Assembly: GCA_035764505.1 (NCBI GenBank)
Contig: DASTZC010000226.1
Location: 1-60,887, forward strand
Length of the DNA stretch: 60,887 nt
Reading direction: 5' to 3'
From: Candidatus Polarisedimenticolia bacterium
GTDB taxonomy: Bacteria; Acidobacteriota; Polarisedimenticolia; Gp22-AA2; AA152
Positions 38,095 through 47,760 of the stretch are shown in pieces (the first letter of the stretch is position 1; each line of letters opens with the position of its first letter). The notes under the pieces are model-generated. The model had not been told where the DNA came from. It saw nothing but the letters and a program-made list of their open reading frames with translations, and did not search any database. The position numbers and the translations under genes are program-made.

Positions 38095-39794
38095 GCACGC
38101 CAAAGGTCCCGTCGAGAATCCTGCTGTGCGGCCTCGCGGCCTTGATCGGCGCCGCAGCGTCTCCCGCGCGGCTGCCGGTATTCGCCGGCAAGGAGGCGGT
38201 GGCCACCGTGAACGGCGAGCCGGTCACGCTGGAAGATCTGGCTCGCCACGTGGGCAGCCTGCATGAAGGGATCGCCGAGCCGGCGGCCCCGGTGAAGAAG
38301 GCGGATCCCTCCCGGATCCTGCAGCGGATGATCGATGCGCGGCTGGTGGCGCAGGAAGCCAGGAGGATCGGCCTCGATCAGCTCCCCGACATCAAGAAGC
38401 GCCTCGATGACGACCGCCTCGATCTGGTGAAGAGCCTCGTGGTGCGCGACGCGGTGAAGGATGTCCCGCCCCCCTCCCCCGCCGAGATCGACCAGCGCGC
38501 CCGCGAGTCGGTCCGCGATCTGCGGGTCGAGTCGGTGCTCTTCACGCGCGAGGAGGACGCCCGCGCCTTCGTCGCCGCGGTACGCGGCGGAGGCGACTTC
38601 GGCGCCCTGGCGCGCGCCGCCTTCTCCGCCGGCAAGGCCCGGGAGCCGGGGCCCGCGGCCTCCATGAAGCCCGATGCCTTGCGCCCCGAGGTGGCCGATC
38701 CGATCCTGGCGCTGAAGCCCGGCGGCGTGACCGAGCCGCTCCGCATCACGGAGGGGTTCACCGTCGCGCACCTCCTCGAGATCCGGTATCCCGTGGAGGC
38801 CGCGGACCGCGCCGCCGCCGAGCGCGACCTCCTGGAGCCGCGGCGCCAGGCGCGCCTCGAGCAGGCGAAGGTTCGGATGCGCCGCGATTATTTCCAGGTC
38901 GACCAGGGCCTGCTCGCAAAACTGGATTATGAGGCCGCCTCACCCGGCCTCGCTGCCCTGCGCAAAGACACCCGGGTGCTGGCGCGCGTCAAGGGAGATC
39001 CGCCGGTCCTGGTGAAGGACCTCACGGCGGAAGTGGAGAAGAACTTCTACCATGGCGTGCAGGAGGCCATCGAGCGCAAGCGGGTCAACGAGAGTCTTCC
39101 CCGGCTGCTGGATCGGGTCCTGATGGAGCGCGCCACGCTGCTGGAGGCGAAGCGGCTCAAGATCGAGAGCACCGCCGAGTTTCGCGACACGCTGCGCGAG
39201 CGCGAGGACGAGCGCCTGTTCGAGGCCTTCCTGCAGAAGGTGGTTCATCCGGACATCCATCTTACCGACGACGAGCTGCAGCGCTACTATGCCGCCCATG
39301 CGAAGGACTATGCATCGCCCGAGATGATGCGCCTGGAGGGGATCGCTTTCGGCCGGCGGGAAGATGCGCAGTCGGCCTTCCAGAAGCTCCAGAAGGGGGC
39401 CGATATGAAGTGGATGCAGGCGAACGCGCCGGGCAGGGCGGATCGGGAGCATTTTCCCGAGATGGCCGATCTGGGGAACGGCCTCGTGGTCACCAGCACC
39501 TTTCCCGAGCCCATCCGCAACGCGGTCGCCGGCGCCACGGGCGGCGACCTGCGGCTGGCCTCCTCCCCGGCCGGGCCGCACTACGTCCTCGCCATCCGCC
39601 AGGTGGTTCCGGCCTCGCCGCGCCCCTTCGACAGTGTGCGCAGCGACATCGCCTCGCTTCTTTACAGGCAGAAACGGCAGGCGGCGCTCGACGAATGGAC
39701 CGCGAAGCTGCGGGCCGCCTCCGTGGTGAAGACCTTCGCCGACGGCAAGACGCTCGCCTCGCTTCTGCAGGAAGCTTCGGGGAAGCGCAGGTGA
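38091..39794 (+). CDS. SurA-like peptidyl-prolyl cis-trans isomerase (parvulin/PpiC-type), periplasmic
   Basis: 567 aa with a signal peptide. The SurA-N-like start is VATVNGEPVTLEDL. The parvulin-like segments end in GGVTEPLRITEGFTVAHLLEIR and SSPAGPHYVLAIRQV. It has an ATGA overlap upstream and a GTGA overlap downstream. Confidence 0.8.
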   Translation: MSTPKVPSRILLCGLAALIGAAASPARLPVFAGKEAVATVNGEPVTLEDLARHVGSLHEGIAEPAAPVKKADPSRILQRMIDARLVAQEARRIGLDQLPDIKKRLDDDRLDLVKSLVVRDAVKDVPPPSPAEIDQRARESVRDLRVESVLFTREEDARAFVAAVRGGGDFGALARAAFSAGKAREPGPAASMKPDALRPEVADPILALKPGGVTEPLRITEGFTVAHLLEIRYPVEAADRAAAERDLLEPRRQARLEQAKVRMRRDYFQVDQGLLAKLDYEAASPGLAALRKDTRVLARVKGDPPVLVKDLTAEVEKNFYHGVQEAIERKRVNESLPRLLDRVLMERATLLEAKRLKIESTAEFRDTLREREDERLFEAFLQKVVHPDIHLTDDELQRYYAAHAKDYASPEMMRLEGIAFGRREDAQSAFQKLQKGADMKWMQANAPGRADREHFPEMADLGNGLVVTSTFPEPIRNAVAGATGGDLRLASSPAGPHYVLAIRQVVPASPRPFDSVRSDIASLLYRQKRQAALDEWTAKLRAASVVKTFADGKTLASLLQEASGKRR

Positions 39795-41788
39795 AAGGGG
39801 CTTTCCCGGACAGGCGCCGGGCGGTGCGCCGCGCCCGACTCGGGTGGCTGCCGCTTTTCCTCCTGGCGGCTTGCATCTCCTCCGCCGCCGCCGAGCCGCG
39901 CGGCGGCCCCACCCGGCAGTTCCAGAAAAAAGGGTGTCTCGACTGCCACAAGCAGTTCGCCGATCGCATCCGCTCCCTGCCGGACCTCCATCCCGGCGTC
40001 AAGAACGGAGACTGCGAGCAGTGCCACCTGCGGCACGGGATCGTGCCGAAGCTTCTTCTGAAGAAGGAGCAGGGTCAGCTCTGTCTCGAGTGCCACAACC
40101 GCGACAAGATCGGCCTGGACGCCGCCCACGTCCACGCGCCGGTGAAGTCGGGCCAGTGCACCGGCTGCCACGATCCGCACGGATCGGCCGCGCCGCGGCT
40201 GCTGAAGGCCGAAGGTCCGCAGGCCTGCTTCTCCTGCCACGACCGCAAGCCGTTCGAGCGGCGCTTCGTGCACGAGGTCCTGCAAAAGCAGGGGTGCGTC
40301 GCCTGCCACCAGGCGCACGGCTCGGCCCAGCCGGCGCTTCTGGTGAAGGGCGAGGCGCCCCTCTGCCTCTCATGCCACGACGCCACGCGCGACAGCTTCC
40401 GCAAGGCGCACGGCGGCTACCCGGTGGAAAAGGCGCGCTGTGCATCCTGCCACGACCCTCATTCTTCCGCGGAGAAGGGGCTGATGAAGCCGAACGTGCA
40501 TGCCCCGGCCGCGGCGGCGGACTGCGGCTCCTGCCACGCCAAGCCCGGATCGGAGAAGCCCTTCGCGCTCCTCGACGAGGCGGGGAAATTGTGCCGCACC
40601 TGCCACGATGACGAGTCCCTCAAGCAGGGGGGCAAGGACGAGCATGCTCCCTTCGCCACCGGCGACTGCCTGACCTGCCACGACCCGCACGCCTCGCAGC
40701 AGGCGTCCCTGCTGATCGAGCCTCCCAAATCGCTGTGCGTGGAGTGCCACTCCGAGAAGGGGCGCGCTCCCGCCCATCCGCACGCGGCGATGAGCGCGGA
40801 GAAGGCATGCCTCTCCTGCCACCGGCCGCATGCCGGCACGGGGAAGGCGCTGCTCGCCTCCCCGGTGCCGGGGCTGTGTGAAGGCTGTCACGCCGGGGTG
40901 AAGAAGGAGAAGGAGGCGAAGGTGCTCCACGCCCCCTTCGACTCGGGCGACTGCGTGGCGTGCCACGATCCGCACGGTTCCGATGTCCCCGCCATCCTGC
41001 GCGAGCGGGCCGACGCGGTCTGCTTCAGCTGCCACACCGACGCCCGCGCCGATTTCCAGAAGGCGGAAGTGCATCGTCCCGTCCTGACCGGCCAGTGCGT
41101 CGCCTGCCACTTCCCCCACGGCTCGGCGCAGAAGGCGCTGCTGCGCGCCCCGGCGGAGACGCTGTGCGCGCAATGCCATTCCGAGCTGACGCAGCAGGAT
41201 GCCAAGGGGACGGCCCACGCGCCCGTGGCGGCCGGCGACTGCCTCACCTGCCACGATCCACACGCTTCGGACACCCCCGGCATGCTGGCGAAGAGCCAGG
41301 TGTCGTTGTGCGCCGACTGCCACGGCGACATCACCGAGACCAAGGAAAAGACCGTCAGCCGCCATGCTCCGGCGCAGTCGGGAACGTGCACCGCCTGCCA
41401 CAACCCGCACCGCTCCTCCCTGTCGGCGCTCCTGAAGGTCCAGAGCCCCGATCTCTGCCTCTCGTGCCACCAGAATCTGAAGGAGGCGCTGGCGAAGCAG
41501 CATGCGCACCCGCCCGCGGCGCGCGACTGCCTGCGCTGCCACGTTCCTCACGCCTCGCCGCAAAAAGCCCTTCTGTCGCGGCCCACCGCGCAGCTCTGCT
41601 CCGAATGCCACGCCACCGGAGAGGAGGGCTTCCGCAAGGCGCATCTCGGGATCGATCCCGGCGTGATGAATTGCGTGAGTTGCCACACTCCCCACGCGTC
41701 GGAGGACCCGAAGCTGTTCAAGGAGCAGACGCATGCTCCATTCGCCGGACATTCGTGCGAGGAATGCCATGTGGTCCCCGCCCACTGA
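39791..41788 (+). CDS. multihaem c-type cytochrome with 26 CxxCH motifs (possible lipoprotein)
   Basis: 665 aa from a GTG start that overlaps the PPIase stop. The signal has LFLLAA|C. I counted 26 CxxCH motifs in the track translation, alternating H.P....C..CH.PH and LC..CH contexts. Confidence 0.9.
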   Translation: MKGAFPDRRRAVRRARLGWLPLFLLAACISSAAAEPRGGPTRQFQKKGCLDCHKQFADRIRSLPDLHPGVKNGDCEQCHLRHGIVPKLLLKKEQGQLCLECHNRDKIGLDAAHVHAPVKSGQCTGCHDPHGSAAPRLLKAEGPQACFSCHDRKPFERRFVHEVLQKQGCVACHQAHGSAQPALLVKGEAPLCLSCHDATRDSFRKAHGGYPVEKARCASCHDPHSSAEKGLMKPNVHAPAAAADCGSCHAKPGSEKPFALLDEAGKLCRTCHDDESLKQGGKDEHAPFATGDCLTCHDPHASQQASLLIEPPKSLCVECHSEKGRAPAHPHAAMSAEKACLSCHRPHAGTGKALLASPVPGLCEGCHAGVKKEKEAKVLHAPFDSGDCVACHDPHGSDVPAILRERADAVCFSCHTDARADFQKAEVHRPVLTGQCVACHFPHGSAQKALLRAPAETLCAQCHSELTQQDAKGTAHAPVAAGDCLTCHDPHASDTPGMLAKSQVSLCADCHGDITETKEKTVSRHAPAQSGTCTACHNPHRSSLSALLKVQSPDLCLSCHQNLKEALAKQHAHPPAARDCLRCHVPHASPQKALLSRPTAQLCSECHATGEEGFRKAHLGIDPGVMNCVSCHTPHASEDPKLFKEQTHAPFAGHSCEECHVVPAH

Positions 41789-43076
41789 CCGGGTCGCGCC
41801 CCGGGCGCTGCTCGGGCTGCTCGCCGCGCTGGCGCTCGCCGCCACGCCGGCGCACTCCGCCACGCCGGCGGCTTCCTCGGCCGACAAGTTTCATCTCAAG
41901 CCCGGGGCGACCGGGAAAGTCTGCCTCGGGTGCCACGCGGATCTGGCGGAAGCCGCGGCCCTCCCGGTCGTGCACGCGCCGGTGAAGGCGGGAGACTGCA
42001 TCGCCTGCCACAATCCGCATGCCTCGTCGCACGGCAAGCTGCTGGAGGCGAGCGGCGCGGCGCTGTGCGCGCGCTGCCATCCGACGATCGCGCCTCCCGG
42101 CGCCGCGCATCTGCACGCGCCGGTCGCGGCCGGCGAATGCGCCCGCTGCCACGATCCCCACGGCAGCCGGAATGCGAGTCTGCTGCGGGCGGTGGGCAAC
42201 GAGACCTGCGCCAGCTGTCATGCCGCGCTCGTCGGCCATGTGACCCACGCGAAGTTCGCGCACCCTCCCGCGGCGAAGAACTGCCTCGTCTGCCACGATC
42301 CGCACGGCGGACGGTCGGGAGAGTTCCTCCTGAAGAAAGACGTCCCCGAGCTGTGCACCGGCTGCCACACCGCCAGCGCGCCGGAGTTCGTCAAGCGCCA
42401 CGTCGGCTACCCGGTGGCCAAGGCGCGCTGCACCTCCTGCCATGATCCGCACGGCTCCGACCAGGCGGGGGGGCTCTGGGCGAAGGTCCATCCTCCGGCC
42501 GCCAACCGGATGTGCGCCCAGTGCCATCTCGACGCGACCGGCCCCAATCCCACCGGCCTGCGAAAAACCGGCTCCGAGCTGTGCCGCTCCTGCCATGGCG
42601 AGGTGCTCCGGCAGATCAGCACGCGCAGCCATGTGCACCTGCCGGTCGCCGACCGGGTCGCCTGCCTGAACTGCCACTCGCCGCACGCCTCCGCGCAGGA
42701 CGCGCTGCTGCGACAGCCGGCGAAGCAGCTGTGCGGCCGCTGTCACGCAGCCACCATCGCCCGGCAGGAGACGTCCAAGACGAAACATCCTCCGGTCGAA
42801 GAGGGGATGTGCGGGAGCTGTCACGAGGTGCACGCTTCCGATCACCGCTTCCTGCTGAACGACGCGAACGTGATGGAGGTGTGCGGCGCCTGCCACGAGT
42901 GGAAGAACCATTCGACCCATCCGATCGGCGAGAAGGCGGTCGACCCTCGCAACCCGAACCTGACCGTCGATTGCCTGAGCTGCCATCGAACCCACGGCGC
43001 CGCCCATCAGGGCCTCGCCCACTTCGATCGGGATTCCGAGCTGTGCGTCCAATGCCATCAGGGGGTGCGTCGATGA
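41769..43076 (+). CDS. multihaem c-type cytochrome with 16 CxxCH motifs
   Basis: 435 aa counted from MWSPPTDRVAPRALLGLLAALALAATPAHS|A. It has 16 CxxCH motifs with the same alternating module as the 26-haem protein. Its start overlaps the previous gene's 3' end by 20 nt. Confidence 0.88.
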   Translation: MWSPPTDRVAPRALLGLLAALALAATPAHSATPAASSADKFHLKPGATGKVCLGCHADLAEAAALPVVHAPVKAGDCIACHNPHASSHGKLLEASGAALCARCHPTIAPPGAAHLHAPVAAGECARCHDPHGSRNASLLRAVGNETCASCHAALVGHVTHAKFAHPPAAKNCLVCHDPHGGRSGEFLLKKDVPELCTGCHTASAPEFVKRHVGYPVAKARCTSCHDPHGSDQAGGLWAKVHPPAANRMCAQCHLDATGPNPTGLRKTGSELCRSCHGEVLRQISTRSHVHLPVADRVACLNCHSPHASAQDALLRQPAKQLCGRCHAATIARQETSKTKHPPVEEGMCGSCHEVHASDHRFLLNDANVMEVCGACHEWKNHSTHPIGEKAVDPRNPNLTVDCLSCHRTHGAAHQGLAHFDRDSELCVQCHQGVRR

Positions 43077-43981
43077 GACGCAGAAACGCCACCGCCCGGC
43101 TCCTGCGCGCCGTCTTGTGCCTGGGACTCGCAGGCGGATTGGCCCTGGCCGCTTCCGGGGTGCGGCTCAGGCCGCTGCCGCCGATCTACGTCGATGCCGC
43201 GGGAGCCCCGCTCCGCCAGCCGCAGGGAGTCGGCTGCGGAGCATCGACCCTGGTGGTGGCCGACACCGGCAACAGCCGCCTCGTCCCCTACTCGATCGCC
43301 GGCGAGCAGATCACGGCCGGCAAGGAGATCCGCATCCCGGAGCTCGTTTCGCCGTCGCGGGTCCAGGTGGCGGAAGACGGAACCCTCTTCGCTCTCGACG
43401 GCAAGAGCCACAAGATCTTCCGGCTGTCGACGGCCGGGGCCTTGCAGGGCACGGTCCCGGTCCCGGCTGAACCGGCGGCCGGCGCTCCCTTCGTTCAGAG
43501 CTTCCGGCGCGCTGCTTCGGGGGACCTTTATCTTCTCGACGTGGGAACGGGCCGTGTCGTGGTGCTCGCCCCCGACGGCGCGCTCCGCCGGACGATTCCG
43601 CTGCCCGCGCGCGGCGGCTCCTTCACGGATCTTGCAGTCGATTCGGCCGGGACGGTTTTCGTCCTCGACAGCGCGGCACGCCGGCTGCTGGCAGCCCGCG
43701 CCACGGACACCGGACTCGCGCCCCTGGCCGACGGCATGAAGGACGAGGTGGAATTTCCCATCGCCCTGGCGGTTCACGACGGCAAGATCTTCGTCGTCGA
43801 TCAGTCAGGAGGCGGAATCGTCATCCTGGGGCCGGACGGCTCGTTCCACGGGCATCAATCGGGCATGGGCTGGAACGTCGGGTCGCTGCGTTACCCGAGC
43901 GATCTCTGCGCCCTCTCCGGCCTTCTCTTCGTGGCCGACCGCGAGAATCAGCGCATTCAGATTTTTTCCCTCGCCGATTGA
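43073..43981 (+). CDS. NHL-repeat beta-propeller protein, secreted
   Basis: 302 aa with an ATGA overlap onto the cytochrome stop and signal peptide MRRRNATARLLRAVLCLGLAGGLALAA. NHL blades are VADTGNSRLVPY, YLLDVGTGRVVVL, FVLDSAARRLL, IFVVDQSGGGIVIL and LFVADRENQRIQIF. Confidence 0.85.
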   Translation: MRRRNATARLLRAVLCLGLAGGLALAASGVRLRPLPPIYVDAAGAPLRQPQGVGCGASTLVVADTGNSRLVPYSIAGEQITAGKEIRIPELVSPSRVQVAEDGTLFALDGKSHKIFRLSTAGALQGTVPVPAEPAAGAPFVQSFRRAASGDLYLLDVGTGRVVVLAPDGALRRTIPLPARGGSFTDLAVDSAGTVFVLDSAARRLLAARATDTGLAPLADGMKDEVEFPIALAVHDGKIFVVDQSGGGIVILGPDGSFHGHQSGMGWNVGSLRYPSDLCALSGLLFVADRENQRIQIFSLAD

Positions 43982-44062
43982 GACTTCCTCGAGGGATTTT
44001 GCGCCTTCGTGCCATTCTCAATCTGGCACATCGCTTGCTCGAGTAGTACCAAGAGGCTCGAA

Positions 44063-45040
44063 ATGCGAAAAAACTTCCTCGTCTCGACCACCGTCCTGAT
44101 CGTCACCGGCATTTTTTGCGCCATGTCTCAGGCAGCCTCGCCGACCTCATTTATGTATCTCCTTTCCGACTTCACCGGAGTGATTCCTTACAGCGACGTG
44201 AAGCTCCACGCCGACAGGGCTCATGACGAGATCTATGCGATCCTCGGGAACACCATTCGGACCTTCAACGCCGCCGGGATGGAGATTTACAGCTTCACGA
44301 TCGACCCTGCGCTGGGCACGGTTTACGACCTGGTGGTCGAGGAAGACGGCGGGCTTCTTCTCCTGGTCCTCGACTTGCAGCCGGGGGAGCCTCTCCGGTG
44401 GTTCATTCTCCGCTGCGATTACCGCGGCCGGCCCCAGGCGGAGCTGCCGCTCACCGGGCTGCCGCCCGAGCTGGTCTCCTTCCGGCCGAATGCCATGTTC
44501 CTGGAGACCGACCGACTGCTTCTCGTCGCCAAGGCCGACCTCGAGGTGGTGTCGTTCGACCGCGGCGGGCGGTTCCGCGAGCGGATCGACCTGGCGGCGC
44601 GCTGCAAGGTCGCGGATTTCCGGCGAGCCGGCCACGAGATCGCGGGGTTCGACGTCGCGGAGAACGGCGATCTCCTGTTCACCGTCCCGACCCTCTTCCG
44701 TGCCTTCGTCGTTCCACGGCAGGGAGAGTTCCGCTCCTTCGGACATCCGGGCTCGACTTCTGGCTCTTTCGGGGTCGTGGACGGAATCGTGGCCGACGAT
44801 CAGGGAGGCGCGCTGGTGGCCGACAAGAATCGCGGCGTGGTGATGCGGTTCGACAGGAATCTGGAGTTCGTCGCGGAATTCGGAGATGCGGGAGAAGGTC
44901 CTGCCTTACTGATCCGTCCCGCCGAGCTCGCCTTCGGAAGTCATTCCACGCTCTACGTCACCCAGGCGCGGGATCGGGGGGTGGCGGTATTCCGCCTCGA
45001 GCCGCCTGCCGAGGCGGGCGGCACCGCAGCCACTCCTTAG
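44063..45040 (+). CDS. NHL-like beta-propeller protein, secreted
   Basis: 325 aa counted from MRKNFLVSTTVLIVTGIFCAMSQA|A. Blades include LVADKNRGVVMRFD and LYVTQARDRGVAVFRL. The leader region is AT-richer. Confidence 0.7.
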   Translation: MRKNFLVSTTVLIVTGIFCAMSQAASPTSFMYLLSDFTGVIPYSDVKLHADRAHDEIYAILGNTIRTFNAAGMEIYSFTIDPALGTVYDLVVEEDGGLLLLVLDLQPGEPLRWFILRCDYRGRPQAELPLTGLPPELVSFRPNAMFLETDRLLLVAKADLEVVSFDRGGRFRERIDLAARCKVADFRRAGHEIAGFDVAENGDLLFTVPTLFRAFVVPRQGEFRSFGHPGSTSGSFGVVDGIVADDQGGALVADKNRGVVMRFDRNLEFVAEFGDAGEGPALLIRPAELAFGSHSTLYVTQARDRGVAVFRLEPPAEAGGTAATP

Positions 45041-45086
45041 AGCTTCCGTCGCTGCGCCGGCACCCCGTCCGGAACCTCGCTCCTTC

Positions 45087-47492
45087 CTACTCGCACCGCA
45101 GGACCACGATCGGGTCCACCGTGGCGGCGCGACGCGCCGGAAGGTAGCTGGCCGCGAGCGAGACGAGGACCAGCAGCGCCGTCATGACGACGAAGGTCAG
45201 GGGATCGGTCGGCGCCAGGTTGGTTAGAAGGCTCCGCAACAGGCGCGTGAGCCCCCAGGCTCCCCCCAGACCGATGGCGACGCCGAAGGCCGACAGGACG
45301 AGCCCCTTCCCCACCACCAGCCGCATGACCTCCTGGCGGGGTGCTCCCATCGCCAGGCGGATGCCGATCTCCCGCGTGCGCTGCGCGACGGTGAAGGCCA
45401 TCACGCCATAGACGCCGAGCACCGCGGTCGAGAGCGCGATGAACGCGAAGATGGCGATGAGGGTCATGTTGAAGCGCGGATTGACCAGCTGATATCCCAC
45501 CAGCTTCTCCATCGTCATGATGCGGCCGATCTCCATGTCGGGGTCCACTCCGGCGAGACGGGCGCGGATCGCGGCCGTCTGCTGCTCGGGATCGCCGGAG
45601 GTTCGCACGATGAGCTGGACGGCCCAGCGTGGAAGCTGCGCGAAAGGCCAGTAGATCTGGGGTGCGGGGCGCTCGTCGGGATTGAAGGGACGGACGTCGC
45701 CCACCACGCCGACGATTTCGAAGGTCTCCTGATGCAGCAGCATCCGGAGGCGCTGGCCGATGGGGTTTCCATCCGGCCAGAAACGCCGCGCCATGGTCTC
45801 GTTGATAATGGCCACCTTCGGTTTCCCCGCCGCATCCTCGGGCGTGAAGCTCCGGCCGCGCAGGAGCGGGATACCGAGCGTCTTGAAGTAGCCTGGATCG
45901 ACGTCGAACCAGGCGACCGAGGGCCGTTTCCCGGCCGGCGGGACCAGCCGTCCTTCGATCGTGAACTCCTGCTCGCCGTCTCCCCCCGACAGCGGCACGG
46001 CCGAGCCCTCCGCCACCGAGACGACGGACGGCACCGACGCCACCTCTTCCGCGGCGCGCCGGAACAGCTGAGCCACCTGCGAGGCTTCGGGATACTTTCC
46101 GGGAGAGCTGAACAGAGGCACGATGGCGAGGTTCCGGCGATCGAAGCCGGGCTGCCAATCCACCAGGTTCGCGAAGCTACGCATCAGCAATCCGGCGGCG
46201 ATGAGCAGCAGCAGGGACAGGGCGATTTCCCCCACGACCAGACCGTTGCGGATGCGCACGCCGCGCGGCCGCTCGCTCGCCGCCCGCGAGCTCTTCAGGG
46301 CATCCTGGAGGCTCACCGAGCTGCCATGGAGGGCCGGGATCAGCCCGGAGAGCAGACTGACGAGCAGGGAAAGCAGAATCGTGAAGCCAAGCACGGGAAG
46401 GCTCACGTGGACATCCTGAAGGCGCGGGAACCAGTCGGGCGCCAATTTGAGGAAGAAGTCGACGGCCCAGAAAGCCACCAGCGCTCCGACGCAGGCTCCG
46501 GCCGCGGCCAGGAGGAGGCTCTCGCTCAGCATGGTGCGCATCAAGTCGAGGCGATTGGCGCCCAGGGCCAGGCGCACCGCCTGCTCCTTCTCCTGCGCGA
46601 GCGAGCGCGCCAGCATCAGGTTGGCCACGTTGGCGCACGCGATCAGCAGGACCAGCCCGACCGCGCCCAGGAAGATCAGGAGCGCCGGACGCACCGGCCG
46701 GGTGATCCGCTCGCCCAGCGACTGCACCGAGACGCCCCAGCCGGCGTTGGTGTCGGGATGCTCCTTGGCCAGCTGCGCCCGTAGCGTGTCCATCTCGGAT
46801 TGCGCCTGATCCAGGGTGGCGCCGTCCGCGAGGCGCGCGAATGGAATGAACCCCCGCCAGTCGCGCTTGTCCTGGCGCTCCGGCCAAAGCGGAATCCACA
46901 GGTCGATGGACTCGAGGTTCTGCACCTCGAAGCCCGCCGGCAGCACCCCGATCACCTCGTAGGGCTCCGAGTCGATGTCGAGACGGCGGCCCACCGCGGC
47001 TGCCTCTCCCCCGAGGTGCGTCCGCCAGAACGCATGGCTCACGAGCGCGACATGCTGTCGCCCGGGAAGCATGTCCGGCTCCTCGAAGGTCCGGCCGGTT
47101 GCCGGCTTGACCTCGAAGGCCCGGAAGAACCCGGGCGTCGCGATTCCGCCGCGAGTGCCGAGAGTCTTGCCGGCCAGCTTCACGCTGAACGGCCAGCTTC
47201 TCGCCAACCCGATCGCCTGCAGCGTCCGGCTGCGGCGCGCCCAATCCGACGCATTGGCGGGGGAAGCCGCGCACCAGCTCCCCAGCTGCTCGACATTGGT
47301 CTCGCAGACGTAGACCAGGCGATCCGGGCGCGGATAGGGCAGCGGCCGGAGCAGGACCCCATGAACGAAGCTGAAGATGGTGGTGTTGGCGCCCATCCCC
47401 AGCGCGAGCGTCAGGACGACGGCGAGCGAGAATCCGGGAGCGTGGGCGAGTCGGCGGGCGGCCAGGCGCAGATCGCGAAGGAATCCGCTCAC
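45087..47492 (-). CDS. ADOP-family duplicated orphan permease (MacB/FtsX-like, two permease repeats)
   Basis: 801 aa. The N-terminus [54 protein letters not shown] is the hallmark of the acidobacterial duplicated orphan permease family. There is no adjacent ATPase. Confidence 0.9.
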   Translation of the reverse strand: MSGFLRDLRLAARRLAHAPGFSLAVVLTLALGMGANTTIFSFVHGVLLRPLPYPRPDRLVYVCETNVEQLGSWCAASPANASDWARRSRTLQAIGLARSWPFSVKLAGKTLGTRGGIATPGFFRAFEVKPATGRTFEEPDMLPGRQHVALVSHAFWRTHLGGEAAAVGRRLDIDSEPYEVIGVLPAGFEVQNLESIDLWIPLWPERQDKRDWRGFIPFARLADGATLDQAQSEMDTLRAQLAKEHPDTNAGWGVSVQSLGERITRPVRPALLIFLGAVGLVLLIACANVANLMLARSLAQEKEQAVRLALGANRLDLMRTMLSESLLLAAAGACVGALVAFWAVDFFLKLAPDWFPRLQDVHVSLPVLGFTILLSLLVSLLSGLIPALHGSSVSLQDALKSSRAASERPRGVRIRNGLVVGEIALSLLLLIAAGLLMRSFANLVDWQPGFDRRNLAIVPLFSSPGKYPEASQVAQLFRRAAEEVASVPSVVSVAEGSAVPLSGGDGEQEFTIEGRLVPPAGKRPSVAWFDVDPGYFKTLGIPLLRGRSFTPEDAAGKPKVAIINETMARRFWPDGNPIGQRLRMLLHQETFEIVGVVGDVRPFNPDERPAPQIYWPFAQLPRWAVQLIVRTSGDPEQQTAAIRARLAGVDPDMEIGRIMTMEKLVGYQLVNPRFNMTLIAIFAFIALSTAVLGVYGVMAFTVAQRTREIGIRLAMGAPRQEVMRLVVGKGLVLSAFGVAIGLGGAWGLTRLLRSLLTNLAPTDPLTFVVMTALLVLVSLAASYLPARRAATVDPIVVLRCE

Positions 47493-47760
47493 GAGAGCCT
47501 CCTTTCGAGAGAGAAATCCTGACCACGGAGCAGCAAGTCCGATGCCAGACCATTCCCAGGTCAGGATCGCGCCGGGCCCCCTCGCGGTCTCCTCTTTTCC
47601 CAGGCCGGCATCGTCCGCTTCCGGAATTCACGCGGCCGGAACCGGACGATGCCGATTGCGCCGGCGCCCGAGCGGCACTCCTTCCGTCCCGACGCCATGT
47701 TCCTCGAGTCCGGCAGGCTGCTGAAGGCCGAAAAGCGCCGCGCCTCGTCCGGAATCTCGT

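Noticed and set aside
47516-47567. 9-bp inverted repeat ATCCTGACC...GGTCAGGAT upstream of the ADOP permease
   Set aside because: The arms are short and separated by a 34-nt spacer. There is no second copy and no adjacent regulator, so it could easily arise by chance in 60 kb. It is mentioned only in the ADOP finding.
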